DNA from: Balanoglossus misakiensis
Lineage: Eukaryota > Animalia > Hemichordata
Direction of reading: 5' to 3'
Length of the DNA: 64,000 bases
Assembly (NCBI GenBank): GCA_040954595.2
Contig: CM082580.2
Location: 9,712,390-9,776,389, forward strand
Shown piece by piece: positions 56,501 through 64,000 of this stretch. The first letter of the stretch is position 1. Each line of letters begins with the position of its first letter. The translations under genes were made by a program, and so were the position numbers. The notes under the pieces are model-generated. The model was not told the origin of the DNA and did no database searches. It was given only the letters and a program-made list of their open reading frames with translations.

Positions 56501-59500
56501 GTGTTTGTTTGCCTATGTTTTGTAACAGGCACAATTAATCTAGCAAACTGATCACATGCTGATTGATTTGAGCGAATGTACATGTAACACTCGCATCATG
56601 TAACCGCAGTGTACTCAGCTAACATGCAGTGATGGCTATAGATAAATGGACCTGTTCTAAAACATACAGCATCAGATTTGATTGGGGTTCCTCCAACCCT
56701 CACCCGAGACCCGCCTTTCAGTGAAATGGTTCTGCCAACAGGGACCATATATTTTTATTGCAGAAACTAGTGCTAAATGTGAATTGACAAAATTCCAGAA
56801 TAAATGAAAACACTGTCACCTACATGTAAACGTGCCTGAATTAAACATGCCTACAGGCCCCAGGTACACTGCAATAGTCTTGCTGCGTGATCCCATTCAC
56901 TCAGGGTACACCCAAAGGAAGTTTTTATGTGAAAAATTTTATGGAAGGCCACCAGGGCAGTTGCATGTACTTGGGAACTGCAGCATTCTGCCTGGAATTA
57001 TGTGAACCCTTGATTTCCCTGGACACTACTCAACAAGTAACCCCACAGCATGACTTGTAGATTATTAGGCAATTCATCATTCTCAACTTGGAGTTGACAG
57101 AAGAGAGAGAAAGAGACCTGTGAAATTTGCTTGCATTCTGAGCGTGTGTGCTCGGAATCTATAATCAGACATAAGTCACTGAGTAGGTAAGATGGTAAAC
57201 TACATGTTTGACTTCAGACCAAATTTTAACATACTTAACATACATGTACATGTAAACTTCAAAATGTTCACATACCTAAAAATCAAGATTAAATTCTTTG
57301 TATAGAATGTGAGGCCAGAACCTACATCATACAATAACATGTACCGGTACTGTCAGTAGCAACTGACCAATCTTATATGACATACAGTTACATGCACAAC
57401 ATTTATCACCTGTCAATATAATTAGCTTTTCAACCTACATACAGCACAGACTGACAAGTAATATGTCATCCAGTTTTTGTGCTAGGGAGACAGTGTACAA
57501 ATCAAGCATCAGGTCTGCATTTCTAGTCTTGCAATATACATGTATGCTTGAAATATTTATATCATAATTTGCCACAATAATGGATGTTTAAAACTACCAG
57601 CGGCATAGAATGACAGATACATGTAATGTGTCTCCAGTTTCTGCCAAGGGCTAGTTTTCCTTAAATGTACATCTGATCATTCAAGAAACAGTACATCATC
57701 ATGTTACATATATGTAATTTCTGCATTCGGTACAATGTTTACAGAATATCAGATCTGATCCGATGTATTATAAAAGTGAAAGTCCAGCTGTAACACAAAC
57801 CAGTGAATGAACATTCTTCTGGTATTGAATTATTTCATCGACTGACTGTGATCTGACTGGGGGAATGCCATCAATTAGGAGAATGTCACTCCACACCCAG
57901 ACAGTATTCAGGCAGGTCTTTTATCACAGACTGCTTGTCCTACTTTCAAATGTAAACACTTTCAAACAGCTTGGTAAGAATGATTGAGAATTACATACCT
58001 AGGAATTCAATGTAATTGAATATATTATATATATGTGCACAATGTAAAACCACAGCTCACAAGTGGAAAAGCACAATATGCTTGATTCTTATAAGCTATT
58101 TTGACACATACATGTACATTAATATTCAATTGATATACATGTATATGAAAAGTGAAATAACTGGAAATTAATTTCATAGACTTGGAACAATTCTGCACGC
58201 ATATGTATTGTAATTACAAAGTAAATTTAACTGCGACCACCAAACACGTATGCACATGCAAAATTCCTGCCAGCAGTATTTTCAATATTTTAGTTCCACT
58301 ACATCAACATCTACCTAAATACATTGCATCAGAGATCATACCTTCAGCAATATAGCCATCTTCCATTCTCTAGAGTAATGCTGTCAACCTTAGCATGCTT
58401 AGTCTTGAAACCAATCTTTAGATCTACCCACCCTGTCAGTGTCATGTGAAAAACTATTTTAAAATCTTTCATTATTTTTTTTAAAAAGGTTAGGTACATC
58501 CTCAATACTTCTGCTTTATGAATTTGACTGCAAATACTGACAGTATGCATATATTATCATAAAATTAAGTTTTATACTGTTTTTAAATTTATGTACTGGC
58601 TCCAATGTACACATCGTCCCTCTGCACACAGGTCGTTAGCTTGATTGCAGTCTCCCACTAACTAACCAGCCTTGGTTCTGGGACCACTTGATTTACCTTC
58701 AATCAAAAGGAATATGATGATCCAAGGAATATATTTCGAGGGTGTGCTTCATGTACAAATAGTGTTGTACATTTCGGTACATGTATATATGTACATGCAC
58801 CATGCAATAAACTGAATTATGTTCCTGCTGTAATAAATAAACCTTGAATTATTTAGAGCATCATCCTGTTTACTTTCAGGTACTGGAAGCATGTGTTCAG
58901 GATACACTACATCTAGTTTTTATGCCAAGCAGAAGTTTATTTCCAGTTCCATCTTTTGGTGACATGTAGTCAACATACATGACGCAGATGAAAACTAAGA
59001 CGACAATGATGAAGATGGTACTATTATCTAGATTGAAAAATATCATCGGATATTACTGGGGTATGCTGCAGTACTGGTTAAAACTCTGCTCTGTTGTACA
59101 ATTTTGTGTTATCAAACACAGCTTCTAATTGTTAGTGTTTCTGCCTCGTAAAAATATTTCTCAATTAGAAATTGCATTCATAACATTATTTATCAAATAC
59201 CAAAATATTGTTAGCACATACATGTATTATAAATTTACCACAAGACTTCATCAAATCCCAAATGTTTTTCTAAGTTTACTTACCTACTAATATTAACTAG
59301 TACTAGTATTTACTGATGTTAACATTCATCAAACCTCCAAATGACATGAATCCATGACCTTGAATGCCTTCCTCTATTGGTGACCTTTGACCTTTAAGGA
59401 CACAACCTTTTCATAGGAAATGGGAATACCAGCAACCACACAGGGCAAAATATTGTGCATGTTACAAGCAGGTAAATACAGTAAATGATATTTGAACAAT

Positions 59501-60843
59501 AGTAACATTACAATGTTCCATTGCTATTTTAATTTCAGTATACCGAGTCTCAAATGAGGAAATGTTAATTTATTTTAGAAACAGAAAACAAAATCCTGGA
59601 AGAGTCCCATTATGATATGTACTGAAACTGACCACTGATAACAGATATTTCTGATAGCCATATAAGGTTATGGATATCAATGCTCTGCTTCTTCCTTGTG
59701 TAGTTAGGGGTAAAGCCATACCAAACATGGATCTGCACTCAAACAATTACATAATGTCATGATACGACATTCAGTGCACTGGTGATATTTACAAGAATAG
59801 AAAACTTAAAGTGTATCATCATTTCACAAATAAATGGTAGAATAATTCATAACTGTTCTAAAGTCATGTCCAATCTTAATATATGCAAATTAGCCACCAT
59901 ACTATCAGAAATTCAGGGGAGGGGGGACACTGCTTGAAGCTATATGGTTACTGATGTGACAATCTTTAATGTACATGCACTCAGTATGACAGGCAAAAAG
60001 CTGTGTCCATTTCTCTCTTGTGAATTTCCTTTACATCTACACAACAATTTTTAACAGGGATTCTTAACAATATTCTACCTTTAATTAAAACAGCATCTGG
60101 TGTTGGCAAGTGAGGTATATCCCATAGTCTCAACCTTCTAATTACATGTATTACAGTATTACTACACTAAATTACATTTTTTCATTAACGTTCTCATTTG
60201 TCAACATATCTTGGATGTACATAGACAGCTGGTGTGTGAATTATTATCAATATAAGCACTCGCTCCACAACCAGTGAGAAACTAGTCGTTTCACCTGGAC
60301 ACACCTGGTCTGGACTGGCACATGCGTGACAATCGAAACCGGTGCAGGTAAAACCGTCCCAAGGTCAATGGGTCATATGATAGAGCACAGCAAACTCAGA
60401 TGCACAAACCACATGTAATCTTTACCCCTCATAAACCATTTCCAAACACATACCTGTGGGCTTGTGGTAACATTCAAAACTTCGCTTGAACTTGACACGT
60501 CGCTGTACCCCTGTGAGCTCACTGAGTTCTCAGTTTCCTCATAGTCAGGGACCGGAATTGGCACTCGTTGGCTCGGGACCTCCGCAACCAAGTTTTCGAC
60601 ACTGGCACTCAGCCCACCCCCACCGTTGAACGATGGTGGTGGGCCAACTTCAGTCATATATTTCGCTGGAACATAAACAGGTTTTTTATCCCCATCTTTG
60701 CGCACAAACCACCAGTCACTGCCCGATCTCTTAACAAGGGTGAATTCGTCTCCCTTTTCAAAGGACACCGTCACGCCGTCAGCTGCAGTGTAACGATAGG
60801 GGTACTGGGCACGTAGACGGGCACCTTTACCGTCGTCGGCCAT
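32827..60843 (-). CDS. ARHGAP12: Rho GTPase-activating protein SH3-WW-WW-PH-RhoGAP (ARHGAP12/27/15/9 family)
   Basis: Exons 60843-60454 (SH3 ..WWFV..YVPAKY), 51359-51192 (WW: WEVHYDDRGRKFYYNTVTKESCWKPP), 42427-42332 and 37852-37772 (WW-like), ~36031-35837, PH ~35440-34721 (KKIKKNWCSSYLIL..FYKDQK), RPKKETLEKKGIIK|DRVFG, GAP GIYRVSGN..LKLFFRELKEPLFP..NRMNAQSIAIVFGPTLL; TGA 32829-32827. Paralog assignment is approximate. Confidence 0.9.
43449..44836. mobile_element. ~1.39-kb non-autonomous hAT-like DNA element in a RhoGAP intron
   Basis: TIRs CAGTGTTCGCGCTAG / reverse complement CAGTGTTAGCGGTAG (13/15). Clustered subterminal TTGGC(G/T)AA-type motifs at both ends; TSD only partly matching (ataacc/taaacc); no transposase ORF. 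Confidence 0.65.
52455..52637. mobile_element. 179-bp Tc1/mariner (pogo/Tigger-like) MITE
   Basis: TA|CAGTCAAACCTGT...ACAGGTTTGACTG|TA; internal repeats gtgg(t/c)cactatatagag. Confidence 0.85.
53522..53595. repeat. (GT)~37 microsatellite
   Basis: Uninterrupted GT dinucleotide run. Confidence 0.97.
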
Positions 60844-60849
60844 GCTCGA

Positions 60850-61340
60850 AACGTGAGGAATCTGTATATTGGGTACACTCGACGAGAAACTCGCACTGGT
60901 TACAAGAGCCCGGCTTTCCTTATTTATCGCCAGGCGCCCTGATAACAACTTAACTGTTGGTGCTCGCGGTCTACACCATGGGATGCGGCTCCTGAAACCA
61001 CTGCCAAATTATCATACCAACCGACAACAAGATGCAAACTACGATCCACTGTAATCACTGGTCCTGAAGGCCGACGACATGTTGGTCCGCCCCCGCGGAT
61101 GGTTGTCCACGAAAACAACTTCTGCAACAGACCGACAACTTCAGGCAAACGCCCCCGAGAAATGCACTGTATGACAACACTGCTCCTCGCGTGTGGTTAT
61201 AAAACAGCGCACAAAATTCGCGTTACTATTAAACTCTTTTCAGGCGAAAGCTGTATTTACACGTCCCCCATTCGAAAGTTTTAAAATTTCAGTTCCGAAC
61301 CTAACAGTCTGACACTTCCGATTTCCGCCCTTCAATGTTC
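60850..61340 (-). promoter_or_regulatory. CpG-rich 5'UTR/promoter of the RhoGAP gene
   Basis: CpG density rises sharply relative to intron 1; GC box ccgcccc ~61087; ETS-like acttccg ~61314. Confidence 0.5.
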
Positions 61341-61549
61341 ACACACACATGTAAATATTGCTGTAATCCAAACTTCACACCGTCCAAGACAGGGGATTCG
61401 TTTATTCTCAACAAAAACGTAACGTTTTAATTATCTATACCAATCAAAATGGACCTTGTATCTCAAAGTGAGTGCAGCCCATTCCAATATTTTGGAGGTG
61501 CGGCAGGTTGGATTAACATGTGCAACAACGTGCACAGTACAGTGCCTGG

Positions 61550-62401
61550 TTAGGCTGCATTCACAAACACCTCTGGAGGGGGGGGCGGGAGAATTGAGGG
61601 GGGGGATTTGAAAAAATTGAGGGTATGTGAGGGGGGGATTTGAAATAATTTAGGGACTGAAAGGGGGGGACTTGAAAACTTTAACGACTAAATATTTATT
61701 TTGAGTCCACAAATATGCAGTTTCGCGCCCTTTATTTTACAAAATTTTCTCATGTGGGAGGGGGACACCCCCTCCCACACCCACCCCCTCCATTCATCAA
61801 CACCTTTCAATCATTGACTGGTTTATCTAGTGTCCCAGGTCAGGGTACTTGCCCCACCCCTAGCTCTGGACTTATGCGCTGTTTGGGTCTACGCTGCTCT
61901 CCGTCCCCCATGATAACTTTGAGCGCCGACGGTTAAATTTGTCCTCCCCAACATACCGGTAGTTGAGTTAATTTGCTTTTGCCGGGTTCATTAAAATGCA
62001 GCTTTGAGCTCTGTATTTTAGAAAATTTTCTTACGTGGGAGGGGGACACCCCCTCCCAAACCCACCCCCTTCAATTCTCGGTTTACAAAGTCTCCCAACA
62101 CAGAATACAAATATATGTACTTAAAAAATACAAACAATGTTCAGTTTTAATACCCACTGATGAGGGGAAACATCACATTCAAATTCTTTTCATGGGAGCG
62201 CTGTTTTTCTTTTTACAAGATAGATAGGTGATGTGTTTTGCTCTGTGAAAGACAATGGGGGGGATTTCAAAATTTTGGCAGTTCGGAAGGGGGGGATTTG
62301 AAAATATTGGCAGTTCGGAAGGGGGGCATGTGAAAATTAGCGGTAAAAAAAATTGAATTCTCCCGCCCCCCCCTCCAGAGGTGTTTGTGAATGCAGCCTT
62401 A
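61550..62401. mobile_element. 846-bp PIF/Harbinger-type non-autonomous element (43-bp perfect TIR, TTA TSD)
   Basis: TTA|GGCTGCATTCACAAACACCTCTGGAGGGGGGGGCGGGAGAATT ... exact reverse complement ending at 62398|TTA. Subterminal G-run-(a)tttgaaa repeats; internal duplicated aaaattttct..gtgggagggggacaccccctccca.acccaccccct (~61741 and ~62022). Confidence 0.85.
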
Positions 62402-62800
62402 CCAAGTTATATGTACGTTGAACTGGGACAGAAACTCTTTTATCTGAATAAAATATAGAAGATTGTTGTATTTATGAAAACACGAGCTTTGAATTACTCA
62501 ACATTCATAACGTAGAGGCTCAAAAATCGTTGGATGTTGTACTTGTAGTAGTGTACAACTACAACATCAGTTCGTGGTGTTCTTCAGGTTGGGCGTAAAA
62601 TCGAAACAACTGGTAGGAATCAATCATCATGTACTATTCTAAGTTGGCAGTACAAAAGCTATCATACATGTGTAGGACTGTCACAATGTCCGCACCGGTC
62701 TCTGTGCGTGTGTGTTTGCACCCTGACCACCGCATGTGAAAAACGCCCCTCTGTGGAGTAAAGTAGTTTATATACTTAGAATTTCGCTTGAACAGTCAGA

Positions 62801-62872
62801 TCCTCGATAGTATAGTGGTGAGTATCTCCGCCTGTCACGCGGAAGACCGGGGTTCAATTCCCCGTCGGGGAG
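62801..62872 (+). tRNA. tRNA-Asp (GTC)
   Basis: 72-nt cloverleaf: acceptor TCCTCGA/TCGGGGA + G discriminator, anticodon stem TCCGC/GCGGA with loop CTGTCAC, T arm CGGGG-TTCAATT-CCCCG; upstream TTTATATA at about -30. Confidence 0.96.
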
Positions 62873-62874
62873 GA

Positions 62875-62882
62875 TTTTTTTT
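62875..62882 (+). terminator. RNA polymerase III oligo-T terminator of tRNA-Asp
   Basis: T8 run beginning 2 nt after the tRNA 3' end. Confidence 0.8.
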
Positions 62883-63483
62883 GTCTTAAACAATAATCGT
62901 CTTTTTTCTTCTTTCCTACTTACATATTGCTTACAGATGAATTTAAAGTTTCTGCTATATTTTTATAACCACATCTCCATTGGTATGTTTGAAAAAATGT
63001 AAAGTAATTATGGTACATACGATTGATTGGCTGAGACACATATAGAGTCAATGAACAGTGTTTTATTTACAAATGCACATATATACACAAGCTTCCTCAT
63101 GAATTATGAAAATTATACATCAATAAACTGTTACAATGGCGAAACTATAAGTTGCAAGGTGTGGCAAAGAAACTATGGAAATAATGCAAAACAGTTACTT
63201 TGTGGCATGACATGATCTTTGGCAAACCTCTTGCAAGAACCAAAACGAACAAAATATATTAAATGGCAGAACCCTACTATTACGTACACTGAACTAACAA
63301 AACCATGCAACATGCAGAATGTACTATTATGTAGATATGAAATATATAATTTTTGACATAATGATGTAAATGCCATCATGTGATTTCCCTGGTCAGCCAT
63401 ATTTGAATTTTGTGTACATCTACATTGAAATCAGGATTATTTAATGATTTCTTGGTAAAAAAATTCACAATATTCAGTGTTTA

Positions 63484-64000
63484 TTACAAACACAGTGTAC
63501 ACCTGAGGAACTGAAATAGAAGAGAAAGACAAAGTGAGATTTGATTATATGTATTTGCTTCTGTGTTTCTGTAGAATCATTCACGGTACACGAAGTTATC
63601 ATCATTGCATTTGCCTCATTAAAATAATTAAATGTTTCACATAACCAGATATACTCTCCTTTACTACAACCCACTCCCTGTTATGAGTTCATTCAAAACT
63701 TTCTTTGGTTGGAACTGTTGATATAAATGGCATATCAAAGAGTTCGTGTAAACAAAAGAAATATCAGTTTGAATCTATAGAGGGCGGTACTTACATCATC
63801 ATATTGAAATGTGGCTGTCCCATTCTTCATTTGATCTCTTCGTTGAAATGCATCTGTAAATTCAGGTATTAAACGAAAAAAATCATTGAACATGAATTAC
63901 ATGATATATTCAAAAATACACACAGAGAACATCATAATTCTGCATCATAATTCTGTCTAAAAAGCATACATACCTGAGAGAGCTCGGAGTCGTACACACA
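63484..64000 (-). CDS. SRI: Sorcin/grancalcin-like penta-EF-hand protein, last three exons (gene continues beyond the window)
   Basis: Exons >64000-63974, 63853-63795, 63510-63484 splice to CVRLRALSDAFQRRDQMKNGTATFQYDDFLRCTLCL*, resembling the sorcin C-terminus CVKLRALTDSFRRRD..G...F.YDDFIQCVMSV; not present in the ORF track. Confidence 0.85.

Overview
Eukaryotic (metazoan) DNA: AT-rich, with many GT-AG introns. It looks like a marine invertebrate deuterostome (hemichordate/amphioxus-like), but that is inferred from gene and repeat style only. No prokaryotic features or CRISPR were seen. Genes were spliced by hand. In order: 3' part of a white/scarlet-type ABCG half-transporter (+); lysyl-tRNA synthetase KARS1 (-) with separate cytosolic and mitochondrial N-terminal exons; CFAP90/C5orf49-like gene (+); an unnamed ~695-aa secreted protein with a basic N-terminus, a short LRR module and a long Pro/Glu/Val/Ala/Gln repeat (-); OVCA2 esterase (-) head-to-head with BDP1 (+); a 76-aa Cys-rich caveolin-like membrane microprotein (+); a collagen-C1q protein (+); a 28-kb SH3-WW-PH-RhoGAP gene of the ARHGAP12/27 family (-); tRNA-Asp(GTC) (+); and the last three exons of a sorcin/grancalcin gene (-). 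Non-autonomous DNA elements include piggyBac-, Tc1/pogo-, hAT- and PIF/Harbinger-type. The most notable items are the LRR/PEVK-like secreted protein, the caveolin-like microprotein, two ~115-bp CAGT..ACTG fold-back elements with direct duplications of different lengths (21 and 9 bp), and strong enrichment of the palindrome TACATGTA in CpG-depleted introns. All homology calls are from recognition, not database searches.
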